A DNA stretch of 64,000 nt from Candidatus Omnitrophota bacterium (GTDB lineage Bacteria > Omnitrophota > Gorgyraeia > JABMRG01 > JAFGKX01), in contig JAZDPX010000013.1 in assembly GCA_043797125.1 (NCBI GenBank), positions 9,180-73,179 on the forward strand, given 5' to 3'. Position numbers and translations under genes: made by a program. Under the pieces are notes generated by a model. It was not told where the DNA came from, made no database searches, and saw only the letters and a program-made list of their open reading frames with translations. Shown here one piece after another: positions 19,025-28,328 of the stretch (position 1 is the first letter of the stretch; every line of letters starts with the position of its first letter).

Positions 19025-19798
19025 TTATCTTGCTCCTCTTCCCGCCGCTACAACAAAAACTGTCCTGAACAATATCCTCACATCCGTCATCAGGCACATT
19101 CTTTTTATATATAAAAGGTCATACTTTATTTTCTTCCTTACGTCCTGTATGGTCTCATCGTATTTGTGCCATACTTGCGCAAGACCGGTTATGCCCGGCT
19201 TTACCGCGTATCTTTTTCTGTAATCAGAAATTTCCTTGCTAAGCGTTTTTACAAAAACAGGGCGTTCGGGCCTTGGGCCTACAATACTCATCTCGCCGCT
19301 TAAAACATTAAAAAGCTGCGGTATCTCATCGATATGCGCTTTTCTTATTATCTTGCCGAATTTAATAAGGCGGGGGTCATTCTCTCTTGCCCAGATGGGG
19401 CCTGTTTCTTTTTCAGCGTCAAGTTTCATCGTGCGGAATTTGTATATATCAAAAAGCTTGCCACTTCTGCCCATTCTCTCTTGTTTATAAAAAACCGGAC
19501 CCGGCGAAACAATTTTAATCAGCATTGCCGTTAAAAGCATAATAGGCGCTGTAACAACTAAGCCTACAGATGCTACTGTTACATCAAAGCATCTTTTAAA
19601 TTCCTCGAAGCGCTTTCTGGCAAACCTGATCACCCAGCCAATAATGCCTGTTGATATCAAAGCAAGACTGCTTGGTTCAGGAGCTATTACGCGTCCGGTG
19701 CCGTTTTGGGCATAAACAAGCTCTATCATGTAGAACGCGAATAGGCCTAAAAATAAAAACAGAATTGCTAAATTAAGGTGGGCTTTAATTCTTTTCAT
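19025..19798 (-). CDS. Priming phosphoglycosyl (sugar) transferase with an N-terminal signal peptide + PEP-CTERM-like segment
   Basis: KRCFD, GPVFYKQERMG, KFRTM, IDEIPQLFNVLSGEMSIVGPRPE, KPGITGLAQV, preceded by APEPSSLALISTGIIGWVIRFARKR. Confidence 0.92.
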   Translation of the reverse strand: MKRIKAHLNLAILFLFLGLFAFYMIELVYAQNGTGRVIAPEPSSLALISTGIIGWVIRFARKRFEEFKRCFDVTVASVGLVVTAPIMLLTAMLIKIVSPGPVFYKQERMGRSGKLFDIYKFRTMKLDAEKETGPIWARENDPRLIKFGKIIRKAHIDEIPQLFNVLSGEMSIVGPRPERPVFVKTLSKEISDYRKRYAVKPGITGLAQVWHKYDETIQDVRKKIKYDLLYIKRMCLMTDVRILFRTVFVVAAGRGAR

Positions 19799-19928
19799 AA
19801 ACTGCGCGTAATGATTTCTGACTTAGATCTCTTTGCTTTCGCGAATAACGCCTTGCTAAAAGATATATGCCGAATCCGTCTTTCACGTCCTCCAAAACTT
19901 CTTTTATTTTTTCTATCATTTCTTTCAT
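19785..19928 (-). CDS. Possible 47-aa small protein, first ORF of the sigma-54 transcript
   Basis: Manual translation MKEMIEKIKEVLEDVKDGFGIYLLARRYSRKQRDLSQKSLRAVYEKN. Fills the gap and overlaps the next start by 14 nt. Weak SD. Confidence 0.4.
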   Translation of the reverse strand: MKEMIEKIKEVLEDVKDGFGIYLLARRYSRKQRDLSQKSLRAVYEKN

Positions 19929-19997
19929 TTTATTTCTCTATTTGTCATCCCCGCGAAAGCGGGGATCCAAATTATATTACATTACACTTACTATATA

Positions 19998-20013
19998 AGC
20001 ATATTCCGTGCCA
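19998..20013 (-). promoter_or_regulatory. Sigma-54 -24/-12 promoter of the sugar transferase/PEP-CTERM operon
   Basis: TGGCAC-GGAAT-ATGCT, near-identical to the 52583-52598 copy including downstream TATA(T)..GTAAGTG. Confidence 0.8.
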
Positions 20014-20236
20014 GAATGCCTTTTTTGGCATAAAAAATCACATGTACAAAGTTTTCTATCTTATTGCAAATAAAGGAGTTACAACCTAAGATTTTCTGAT
20101 AATATCCAACAAACTATGACAATATAGGACTGTCATTGATAGGTGATTGGATTAGATTAGACACTATTTGGAGTGGGTGTTCACTTGCGTGGACATGAGA
20201 ATATTTTGTCATTCCCGCGCAAGCGGGAATCCCCCC

Positions 20237-20294
20237 TTGACATTCTTTAAAACATCGTGTATACTTGTTTCTGGAATTAATCATTTATGATTAA
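20237..20294 (+). promoter_or_regulatory. Sigma-70 promoter and candidate operator of the AbiE pair
   Basis: TTGACA-N17-TATACT (20237-20265), palindrome TTAATCAT-TT-ATGATTAA (20277-20294). Confidence 0.75.
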
Positions 20295-20307
20295 ATGAGG
20301 AAATAAC

Positions 20308-20949
20308 ATGAACTATAACGAATTCAAAAAAGAAACACAAAATCAGCCGCTTGTTTTAAGCAGCGATCTTTTAGCTCTTAAAGAAAGCAAACAGGCCATC
20401 CGCAACCAGCTCGAACGCTGGCGCAAGAAAAAGCTGCTTATCAGGCTTAAGCGCGGCGTATTCCTGCTTAATCAAAGCGATAGGAAACTAAACATTTCCA
20501 GGGCTTATATTGCCAATCAGTTATATAGTCCGTCATACGTAAGCGTGGAATATGCCCTTAATTATTACGGCTTGATTCCTGAGCGAACAAATGATTTAAC
20601 CAGTGTCAGCGCCAAAAAAACTTTGCGTATTGTAAACGAAACGGGAAACTTCATCTACCAGCATATTAAGCCGCAGGCTTTCAGGGGATTTAAAGCGCAA
20701 AAAGACGACGCCGGGCTTGCCTTTTTTATTGCTGTGCCTGAAAAGGCAATTGTTGATTTTATTTATTTAAACCTTAACAAGTTTAAGGTTCAGGATAAAA
20801 GTATCTTTGAAGAATCCTATCGTTTTCAAAATTTAGAGGTTTTAAAAACGAAAATCATTATGGAATTCGCCAAGGGTTTTAATAGTGATAAATTATTGCG
20901 CGTGTGTAAACTTTTTTGTGAATTCGCGAAGAAAGAAGGTGCAAAATGA
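20308..20949 (+). CDS. Type IV TA antitoxin, AbiEi family
   Basis: IRLKRGVF, PSYVSVEYALNYYGLIPE, IAVPEKAIVDFIYL. Confidence 0.88.
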   Translation: MNYNEFKKETQNQPLVLSSDLLALKESKQAIRNQLERWRKKKLLIRLKRGVFLLNQSDRKLNISRAYIANQLYSPSYVSVEYALNYYGLIPERTNDLTSVSAKKTLRIVNETGNFIYQHIKPQAFRGFKAQKDDAGLAFFIAVPEKAIVDFIYLNLNKFKVQDKSIFEESYRFQNLEVLKTKIIMEFAKGFNSDKLLRVCKLFCEFAKKEGAK

Positions 20950-21755
20950 TAGAAGTTCTTAAGCAATATATTGCCGCGGAAGCGTCGAGTGAAAAAAAGG
21001 CTAACCTACTAAGAGAGCTGCTTCAGCTTTTATTCCTGAAAATATTGCATGATAAGGGGTATTTTGCAAAAATTGCTTTTGTCGGCGGTACAGCGCTTAG
21101 AGTATTGTATGATACGAGGCGCTTTTCAGAAGATTTGGATTTTTCACTTATTGATAAAAAGGGCTATAGCTTCTTAGCGATGATTTCCGCGTTAGAGCGC
21201 GAATTGGGCTTAAATGGTTTGAAAATAAGCGCGAAAACAAAAATCGCAAAAACTGTCCAGTCCGGTATGCTTAAATTTCCCGGGCTTTTACAGCAACTGG
21301 GCTTATCTGCTGTTAAAGAACAGAATCTGTCCATTAAAATTGAGCTTGATTCCAACCCGCCTTCCGGATGGCAGCTTGAAAATACGCTTATTAATAAAAC
21401 GTATGTATGCAATATCACGCATTTTGCTCTGCCGTCTCTATACGCCACTAAGCTTCATGCTTGTTTTTTTAGAAAGTACATCAAGGGACGGGACTTTTAT
21501 GACCTGATTTGGTATCTGGGTAAAAAAATCAAGCCTAATTATAAATTGCTTAATAACGCCATAAAACAAACGCACGGGGAATCCCCTGAATTAGGCGAAA
21601 ACAATATAAAAGATTTTCTTCTTAAGAAATTAGAAAAGATTGATTTTTGCGCGGTTAAAAAAGATGTGGAAAGGTTCCTTGAGGATGAAAACGAACTAAA
21701 GCTTCTGGAATTATCGATTATCTCAAAAAGCGTCAGGGATGTTTTCTCGTTATAA
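20946..21755 (+). CDS. Type IV TA nucleotidyltransferase toxin, AbiEii family
   Basis: AFVGGTALR...RFSEDLDF, KLHA, KGRDFYDL. Confidence 0.92.
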   Translation: MIEVLKQYIAAEASSEKKANLLRELLQLLFLKILHDKGYFAKIAFVGGTALRVLYDTRRFSEDLDFSLIDKKGYSFLAMISALERELGLNGLKISAKTKIAKTVQSGMLKFPGLLQQLGLSAVKEQNLSIKIELDSNPPSGWQLENTLINKTYVCNITHFALPSLYATKLHACFFRKYIKGRDFYDLIWYLGKKIKPNYKLLNNAIKQTHGESPELGENNIKDFLLKKLEKIDFCAVKKDVERFLEDENELKLLELSIISKSVRDVFSL

Positions 21756-21925
21756 GGGTTCGATTTATCGAACCCTTTATTTGGGCGCCATAAATGGCGC
21801 CCCTACTTCATAGTAGCGGAGCCTTAAGGCTCCGCTACTTTAATTTTCCTGTCATCCCCGCGCAAGCGGGGATCCATTCTTGTCATCCCCGCACCCTCTG
21901 TCATGCCCGCGAAAGCGGGAATCCA
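21754..21925. repeat. Cluster of several REP-like hairpins between convergent genes
   Basis: AAGGGTTCGATTTATCGAACCCTT, GGGCGCCATAAATGGCGCCCCTAC, the 26-bp GTAG palindrome (21813-21838), and two full plus one partial dRS3-like hairpins. Confidence 0.85.
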
Positions 21926-22542
21926 TACTCCAGTTCTTCCACCACTCTCTTCATAAAATCCTTCAGCTCCACCAGCGTCGCTTCTTCGTTACTGCCCAGC
22001 GGCGCTGAAATCCTCACCGTCGCTCCACCGGCACGCCTGCCGAGCAGCTGATTAATCGCAAACAACGCCTGCTGCAGATAATAATTCTCCGTATAAAAAT
22101 TCCCAACCTTATAACAATAAAGCACTAACTCTTTTCCTGTATCATCCCCAATGTAAAGTTTATTGGTAAGGAATTTATATTTATCAAAACTCATCTCTTC
22201 GCTTTTTTTATCCAGTATCTTTAAGCCACTTCCTATCATGCACACTTCTGGCGGGTGAAACACCGAGCGGTTTGTCTCCGAATATATTATAAAGGCCCAT
22301 ATCTTTTCATTGGAAGGATTAATATATTCACGGAAGATTAAATTTCTCGTCTCTAAAATCTCGTAATCTCTTTCTTCTATCTTTATATCTTTCCCTTCCC
22401 ACTCGCCTAGTTTATATGGAAAGGTATGTATATCGAGTATGTCATGTGAGCTCTTCTGCTTGAAAAATAGATTAATAGAGAAAAAGCTGGCGACTACTAG
22501 CATGGTAATTATAATAATATAGCCGATTTTAGTTTTATTCAT
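21901..22542 (-). CDS. epsI: EpsI family exosortase-associated protein
   Basis: N-terminal TM, FPYKLGEWEG, HPPEVCMIGSG. Start moved to ATG 22542. Follows the exosortase gene. Confidence 0.85.
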   Translation of the reverse strand: MNKTKIGYIIIITMLVVASFFSINLFFKQKSSHDILDIHTFPYKLGEWEGKDIKIEERDYEILETRNLIFREYINPSNEKIWAFIIYSETNRSVFHPPEVCMIGSGLKILDKKSEEMSFDKYKFLTNKLYIGDDTGKELVLYCYKVGNFYTENYYLQQALFAINQLLGRRAGGATVRISAPLGSNEEATLVELKDFMKRVVEELEYGFPLSRA

Positions 22543-23374
22543 GTTTATTCTCAAGCCCCTTCCCCACCCAAAACAACAACCCAAACGCCACCACGAATAC
22601 CATAAATCCCGCAAACCCATGAAAAAACCCGTTCGCCGCTTTTTCTCCATATAAATCATTTACTATGGAAACTGATGTTATTCGCAGGACATTAGAAAAT
22701 ATAGCTATTGGCACCGACGATAAAAGCAGCGTTGTCTTTTTAATATACGACGCCTTCATTGTAAAAGCAAAAACCAGGCCCAGCGTAAGCAAAGAAATCA
22801 AAGACCGCAAGCCACTGCAGGGATCTGCCACGAGAATAAAAGAATTTGGCATTCTTATGTAGCCGCCGTCTTTAATGGCCTGGAATCCAATCCTGTTAAG
22901 CAAAAACACCGAGCCATCCATAGCCAAAAGCTTAAGCCGCACAACCAAGTTTCCAATTAATACAAGTGGAAGCGGTATCATCGCCAATAAGAAAAATACA
23001 GGAAATATAAGGCATTTCGCTATTTCCTTTCCAAAGAAAAACAAAACCAACCCATACAGCGCGAATACAAATGAAAATCCCGATATAAAATAGACCTTAA
23101 GCGCCGCGCAGATAATATGTATCAACAAACTTGCGGCAATAATTATTACTCCCGACATCGAGCTTGACATTTTTGCTTTCTTAAGCAGCTCTTTCCTGCT
23201 CCACACAAAATACAGCGCCACTACCGGTATAAGCATCCCATGCCCGTAGTAGGACTCTTTGGCAAACCATCTGTCAATCATCCAATCCAGCATTGGAATA
23301 TAGGCGATTAGCAGCAATATCGCGCTTGAGGCAAATTGAATTATACGTTTAGTATTATCTTTCATTTTTGTCAC
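22535..23374 (-). CDS. Exosortase (EpsH/XrtA-like)
   Basis: YYGHGMLIP, FLLAMIPLP, catalytic DPCSGLRS, NVLRI, FFHG. Confidence 0.93.
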   Translation of the reverse strand: MTKMKDNTKRIIQFASSAILLLIAYIPMLDWMIDRWFAKESYYGHGMLIPVVALYFVWSRKELLKKAKMSSSMSGVIIIAASLLIHIICAALKVYFISGFSFVFALYGLVLFFFGKEIAKCLIFPVFFLLAMIPLPLVLIGNLVVRLKLLAMDGSVFLLNRIGFQAIKDGGYIRMPNSFILVADPCSGLRSLISLLTLGLVFAFTMKASYIKKTTLLLSSVPIAIFSNVLRITSVSIVNDLYGEKAANGFFHGFAGFMVFVVAFGLLFWVGKGLENKHE

Positions 23375-23868
23375 TCTGCCAATATTTCTTCTATTTTAAG
23401 TACAAAATCTTTCGCGTCTTCTATAATCCATTCAGCATCATCATTTGTAAGGATTTCGACGCCATACTGTTCTATAACCCTTTCCCCTTGCGCTTTATCA
23501 AGCGTTTCCGCGTATTTCTTCTCAAGCTGCTTTGCCTTTTTTATATAGTTGATATACTCTACTGCTACCTTTCCCCGCTCAACGTAGAATTTCTTAAAAG
23601 CAGCTATGGCGCAATAATGAGCTGTGGCACGAATGCCTATCTTATATAAAGCAGCTAAAACCGAATGATACATCGCATAATATCCGCAGATAACAGCCCA
23701 GTCAAATAAACCATTATCGAACATTATTTTCATAGCGCGCAAATTTTTATGCGCTTTATCGATATGCTGCCCTGCCCTTTCTGTGCTTACAGGCACCCTA
23801 TGAAGATTTGGCTTTCCCTCCCTGGGCTTAAAACATCCGCGTAAAGTCTTTTCTGTATCTTTAGGCAT
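23371..23868 (-). CDS. HEPN domain protein (toxin of MNT-HEPN pair)
   Basis: WAVICGYYAMYHSVLAAL, TAH..AIAAF, RVIEQY. Confidence 0.82.
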   Translation of the reverse strand: MPKDTEKTLRGCFKPREGKPNLHRVPVSTERAGQHIDKAHKNLRAMKIMFDNGLFDWAVICGYYAMYHSVLAALYKIGIRATAHYCAIAAFKKFYVERGKVAVEYINYIKKAKQLEKKYAETLDKAQGERVIEQYGVEILTNDDAEWIIEDAKDFVLKIEEILAE

Positions 23869-24496
23869 ATGCCTTGCCTCCCTCTTTAATCAGTTGCCAA
23901 AATAAGAATTCATTATACAAAACAATCCTATCTTTCCACAAATCGGCGTAAAATTCGGTTTTTTTGCGGAAGCCCTCTGTAAATTTTTCAGTCGTAGTGC
24001 TTATCGGCCTTATTTCTAATAACGGGCCTACATCTGTTTTCGCCTCGTTCAACGCCGCTGTTATATCCTTCTCTTTGCCGGATACAACCGCCAGAATATC
24101 TATGTCGCTATCCTTAGACCACTCACCCCTTGCCACAGAACCAAAAAGAATTACCAGCTGGATTTTTTTGTTTGATAGTTTTATTATATCCTGAGCGTAT
24201 TTTTGCAATAACCGCGCTATTTTTTTATTGGAATCATAGAATTTCTTCTTTTTTTCTAGCTCTAAGTATTCAAATATCTTCAGAAGAGCCTCATTTTCAA
24301 GGTTAGGTTTAAAAAATACCATATTTGATACTTCCCGCCTTTGGAACATATCGTCTTTTACAAATAAACGCAAGGAGTTGTCTACGTTATTTAACGAGAC
24401 TTTCGATAGGCGGGCAATTTCCCTAAGATGTATCTCTTTAAACGGATTTTTTAGAAAAACCTCCAACACTTTCTTTCTCATGATTGGTATCAACAT
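23861..24496 (-). CDS. HTH + minimal nucleotidyltransferase (MNT) antitoxin
   Basis: HLREIARLSKVS HTH, LFGSVARGEWSKDSDIDIL. Confidence 0.88.
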   Translation of the reverse strand: MLIPIMRKKVLEVFLKNPFKEIHLREIARLSKVSLNNVDNSLRLFVKDDMFQRREVSNMVFFKPNLENEALLKIFEYLELEKKKKFYDSNKKIARLLQKYAQDIIKLSNKKIQLVILFGSVARGEWSKDSDIDILAVVSGKEKDITAALNEAKTDVGPLLEIRPISTTTEKFTEGFRKKTEFYADLWKDRIVLYNEFLFWQLIKEGGKAYA

Positions 24497-24505
24497 AATT
24501 GCTCC

Positions 24506-24564
24506 TGTTCTATTATATGGTGCAACTGTACTATATTATAGGACAATAACCTTTGTTTTGTCAA
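24506..24564 (-). promoter_or_regulatory. Sigma-70 promoter with tandem palindromic operators for MNT-HEPN
   Basis: TTGACA-N18-TATAAT. TGTACTATA-T-TATAGGACA (24527-24545) overlaps the -10, weaker copy at 24506-24524. Confidence 0.7.
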
Positions 24565-24734
24565 TCATATAGTTTCGACTGTATTCGAAACTATTTGGCT
24601 AAAGTTTCGATTTTGCTTGTAATAGGCAACTTCAGCTAAAATTGTATTTTTTGAGCTCACTTATATACCCCCATATGGTATCTAAATAGAATTAAAACAT
24701 ACAATTTACCCTTTGCCAAGCAGAAATATTCCTG

Positions 24735-25949
24735 TCATCCCCGCGCCTCACTGTCATGCCCGCGCAGGCGGGCATCCATAAATATCCCCTCCAACTTCGC
24801 CACCGAGCTTTCCCAGGAATAATTATTCTCTATAAATCTTCTTGCGTTTCTAGACACGCTATTTCTTAATTCAGCATTATTCAAAAGCTCGATAACACGT
24901 GCGGCAAAATCATCGGGCTTGTCTTCAACAAATATTTCCCTGCCTCTCTCAACCTGCAAGCTGTCGTAACCAATGCTCATAGTAACAACCGGCAAACCCA
25001 TAGCCATTGCCTCCAATATCTTATTCTGCTGTCCTGAACCAACCCTTAGGGGGCAAACAAACACTGAAGACTTATCAAGCAGAGGCCTTGTATCCTCCGC
25101 GTTGCTAATAACCTCAACACAAGCGTCATTTTTAACCCTATCAAGCTTTTTATTCCAATCAGCGCCTATAATGGTGAATGTAATGTCTGGTATGCTCTTT
25201 TTAATAATCGGCAAAATATTATCATAAAAATTTAAAATAGCGTCTATGTTATAAAATGTGCCGAGATATCCCAAGAATGACACATTCTTCCGCTTGCTGC
25301 TATTCGCGGTTACCGGTTTAAAATATTCATAATCAACGCCGTTATTTACTATGTTAACATCAGCGTTAACTCCGTTTTTGCCGAAAATATATTCTTTATC
25401 CGTGTTTGATATTAAAAGCACTCTATCAAAATCTTTCGCCGCTATTTTTTCGTATCTTTTAATCTTAAGCCATTCAAACAAATACACCGGCCAAAGAATG
25501 CTTCTGTTAAATTTTATCGTCCTTTTAAGATGCAAGGAAACAGCGTCACACAAATCAAGCGCCTTTGTCGCGCCATTTATATATTTCGCGTAATGCGCCA
25601 TTCTGAATAAATGCGCGTATACAGCGTCAAATTTGTTGTTTGCGTTAAGCTCCTGCAGCTTCTTTCGCATTTCGCCTGAATAATAATACGCCACCTGCAA
25701 GGGAGCAGGCGAAAAAACATTGATAAGGCAGTTTAAATATGACTGCCATTTCTTTAATAATACAACCTCGACGCTACTGCAATATTTCTTAAGCTCATCT
25801 ACAAGGCCGAGCTGATCTTCCGCTTCTATGAAAGATAGAAGCGTCACAGAGTGCTTTTTAGATAGGCCTTTTATAAGATTAAACACTCTTAGCTTATCCC
25901 CCCTGTTCGGCGGATACGGTAATCTTGATGTTAAAAATAGTATTTTCAT
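24735..25949 (-). CDS. GT4 glycosyltransferase (PEP-CTERM/EpsH-associated type)
   Basis: MKILFLTSRLPYPPNRGDKLR, NGVD, GSGQQNKILEAMAMGLPVV. Confidence 0.9.
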   Translation of the reverse strand: MKILFLTSRLPYPPNRGDKLRVFNLIKGLSKKHSVTLLSFIEAEDQLGLVDELKKYCSSVEVVLLKKWQSYLNCLINVFSPAPLQVAYYYSGEMRKKLQELNANNKFDAVYAHLFRMAHYAKYINGATKALDLCDAVSLHLKRTIKFNRSILWPVYLFEWLKIKRYEKIAAKDFDRVLLISNTDKEYIFGKNGVNADVNIVNNGVDYEYFKPVTANSSKRKNVSFLGYLGTFYNIDAILNFYDNILPIIKKSIPDITFTIIGADWNKKLDRVKNDACVEVISNAEDTRPLLDKSSVFVCPLRVGSGQQNKILEAMAMGLPVVTMSIGYDSLQVERGREIFVEDKPDDFAARVIELLNNAELRNSVSRNARRFIENNYSWESSVAKLEGIFMDARLRGHDSEARG

Positions 25950-25993
25950 ATTCTTGTCATCCCAACGCAAGCCAGCGGCCTTGCTGCTTCAAA

Positions 25994-26019
25994 GTAGCGG
26001 AGCCTTAAGGCTCCGCTAC
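25994..26019. repeat. 26-bp perfect GTAG palindrome (REP-like)
   Basis: GTAGCGGAGCCTTAAGGCTCCGCTAC. Confidence 0.9.
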
Positions 26020-28134
26020 TTTGTTGTCATTCCCGCGCAAGCGGGAATCCATTCCTTCAATCATCTCCGCTATTCTTTCCCTCTCCTTCAGCAACAACTC
26101 CCCGTCCTTCGTATAATCATACACCGTCTTCACTATACTTTCATCCACAGCCAGCAGGCGCTCTGCCTCTTTAATCAGCGCATTATCAGGATCCTGCGCC
26201 TTAAGCTGTTGTGTTAAATCATTCAATATATACATATATTCATAATCTTCTATGCCGTCTCTGATTGCTTCTATCCTTATTGTATCAACAGGGCCTCTAT
26301 CCCCGGGGTAAAGCAAACAGCCGTTTCCGTTTTGATTCGGCCAGGTTTGCGCTGTTTCCCATGGGTTTTTCTGCCAGTAATTTATGCACCAGTAAAGAAC
26401 GCCTGTTACTTTATACTTCCAGTTCATCCAGAATAAAATCCTGTGATCAATAGCCGGCTGGTCTATATTAAAAGCTGGGGTGCCTGTACGCAAGCCTGAA
26501 ACATACCACCAAACATCTTTTCCTTTTAATCTTTCCTTTTCAGCGACGTCTTCTCTAAAATTTATCAGTTGCGGGCACCAGATGTCTATATCATCGCCCC
26601 ATAGCTCACCGGGGCCGACAGTAACGAGTGTCTTTAAATCCGGGTGCACACTATGTATTAATTTAGTTATATGGCGTATCTTTTCCGCGTTCTCCTGGCC
26701 TGGTTCATCAAACACATAAATATACGCCATATCAAAAAGCTTTCGCATTTTTAAATAGTCAGCGTATGATAATAACACCCCGCGCACTTCTTCATCCTGT
26801 CCCCATTTGTTGTCGTTTTCGCCGCCCCATTCGCGCACTATTGAAAAAGCGCTTAGGCCTTTTTCCAGGCAAAACATCATACTTTCATCGTATTCATCAA
26901 AATTCAAATACAACGACCCCGTATTATCTACCTGTTGAGGTAATTCACCATATATATAAATAGGGCTTATATGATGGCGCAGCATATCGTCGTAATATAC
27001 GCGCTCCATTTGCCTGTTATATTCATTTTTACTGCTGTAAAACTTTTTTATATATATATCATATAAGTCAAAAGCTGTTTTCAGGTGCGGGCGCGTAGGC
27101 AAAGTGAAATTATACACTTTTAGTTTTAGCGCTATTTTGGTCGGCTGGGCGCCTTCGGGCTTTAATTCTATGGAGCCTTCGTAGTCGCCCGGCTGAGTAT
27201 CTTCCGGGATATATAAAGTAAACCATAAAGGCTGAACCTCGCCAACCGCCACGTTCACTGCTTTTGAGTCTAACAAAGGGTCCGGCCACCATCCGACATG
27301 CTCAACAGGATAATCCGCGACGTTTTCTGTTTTTACATATCCTACGGGATTAACATGCAGATTTTCAGCTCCTATTATGCCGTTGCCGTTAATCTGGCGC
27401 AGGGGCAAATTCATCACAGAAACGTTTTTAAGGTCTGCTTTAACAGGCATCAAAACAAGCTGAAAAGATTCATATTCATTTCTCGCGGCTTGAATGCTTA
27501 CCTCGCTTTGCATATCCGATGAAAAATTTGTTATCTCGCGGAATATTTTATTAATTGGCTTCTCAACGCTGACATAATAATCCCTGTCTCCCTGTTTTTG
27601 CATAGCCAGAGCATAGATTTCCTTCATCTTGTCTTCGATTGATACTTTTTTGCCCTTTAAAACTTTTATCGTGCCGACAGAGTGCGCGTTTTTATTTGTA
27701 TAGGGTAAGCGCGCGTATCCTTCGCTACCGTCGGATTTCTTTTTTTCATAGAACAGCCCCATCTCTATTGAATACATTCCCAAGGGAGCGTCTTCATCAA
27801 CAAATATCTGCATCGGCCCTATCTTTGTTATTTCCCCGGGCTTCCATTCGCTTGAAGCCGGTAATGGAAATCTGTCCGCATTTATCCACCCCTTGCCTAT
27901 GCCTGTATACAGGTGCACAAACAGTTTATAATTACGGTCTATCCGGCGCTGCGGCTTAAAATACGCATTCATCAAGAAAAATTCGCCTTGCTTTGCAGTC
28001 TTTGGCGCTTCCAATTTTACAAATTCAATATACGGCTCTTCTTCCAGCACATCGCTGGTTAAGTCCTCATATCTTCCCTTTAACATACTAAACACAATGG
28101 TTTTAACTCTATCAATAAAATCCCGTCCCAGCAT
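26005..28134 (-). CDS. DUF4091/GH123-like putative glycoside hydrolase
   Basis: AARNEYESFQL, WWPDPLL, VQPLW, YVFDEP, WWY, GVLYW, GNGCLLYPG, IRIEAIRDGIEDYEY. Confidence 0.78.
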   Translation of the reverse strand: MLGRDFIDRVKTIVFSMLKGRYEDLTSDVLEEEPYIEFVKLEAPKTAKQGEFFLMNAYFKPQRRIDRNYKLFVHLYTGIGKGWINADRFPLPASSEWKPGEITKIGPMQIFVDEDAPLGMYSIEMGLFYEKKKSDGSEGYARLPYTNKNAHSVGTIKVLKGKKVSIEDKMKEIYALAMQKQGDRDYYVSVEKPINKIFREITNFSSDMQSEVSIQAARNEYESFQLVLMPVKADLKNVSVMNLPLRQINGNGIIGAENLHVNPVGYVKTENVADYPVEHVGWWPDPLLDSKAVNVAVGEVQPLWFTLYIPEDTQPGDYEGSIELKPEGAQPTKIALKLKVYNFTLPTRPHLKTAFDLYDIYIKKFYSSKNEYNRQMERVYYDDMLRHHISPIYIYGELPQQVDNTGSLYLNFDEYDESMMFCLEKGLSAFSIVREWGGENDNKWGQDEEVRGVLLSYADYLKMRKLFDMAYIYVFDEPGQENAEKIRHITKLIHSVHPDLKTLVTVGPGELWGDDIDIWCPQLINFREDVAEKERLKGKDVWWYVSGLRTGTPAFNIDQPAIDHRILFWMNWKYKVTGVLYWCINYWQKNPWETAQTWPNQNGNGCLLYPGDRGPVDTIRIEAIRDGIEDYEYMYILNDLTQQLKAQDPDNALIKEAERLLAVDESIVKTVYDYTKDGELLLKERERIAEMIEGMDSRLRGNDNKVAEP

Positions 28135-28246
28135 TAATCCGGTGATAAAAATAGCTATTATGACTATTATTATAATAATTTTTTTCTTTTACATATCTTA
28201 GACTCGTCTGTCATCCCAGCAAAAACCCGCCTCTCCGTCATTGCAA

Positions 28247-28328
28247 GTAGCGGAGCCTTAAGGCTCCGCTACTACTACCTGTCATTCCCGCGAAACTTGT
28301 CCCCGTGAAAACGGGGAGCGGGGATCCA
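28247..28328. repeat. GTAG palindrome plus dRS3-like hairpin with a nested insert
   Basis: 28247-28272 palindrome. 28281-28328 GTCATTCCCGCGAA[ACTTGTCCCCGTGAAAACGGGG]AGCGGGGATCCA. Confidence 0.85.

Noticed and set aside
187-19534. Numerous short plus-strand ORFs in the ORF track
   Set aside because: They overlap strong minus-strand genes and are typical antisense artefacts.
21794-26217. Plus-strand ORFs sharing SSGALRLRY..VIPAQAGIHS (21794, 25828)
   Set aside because: The shared peptide is just the translation of the two REP hairpins, not a protein family.
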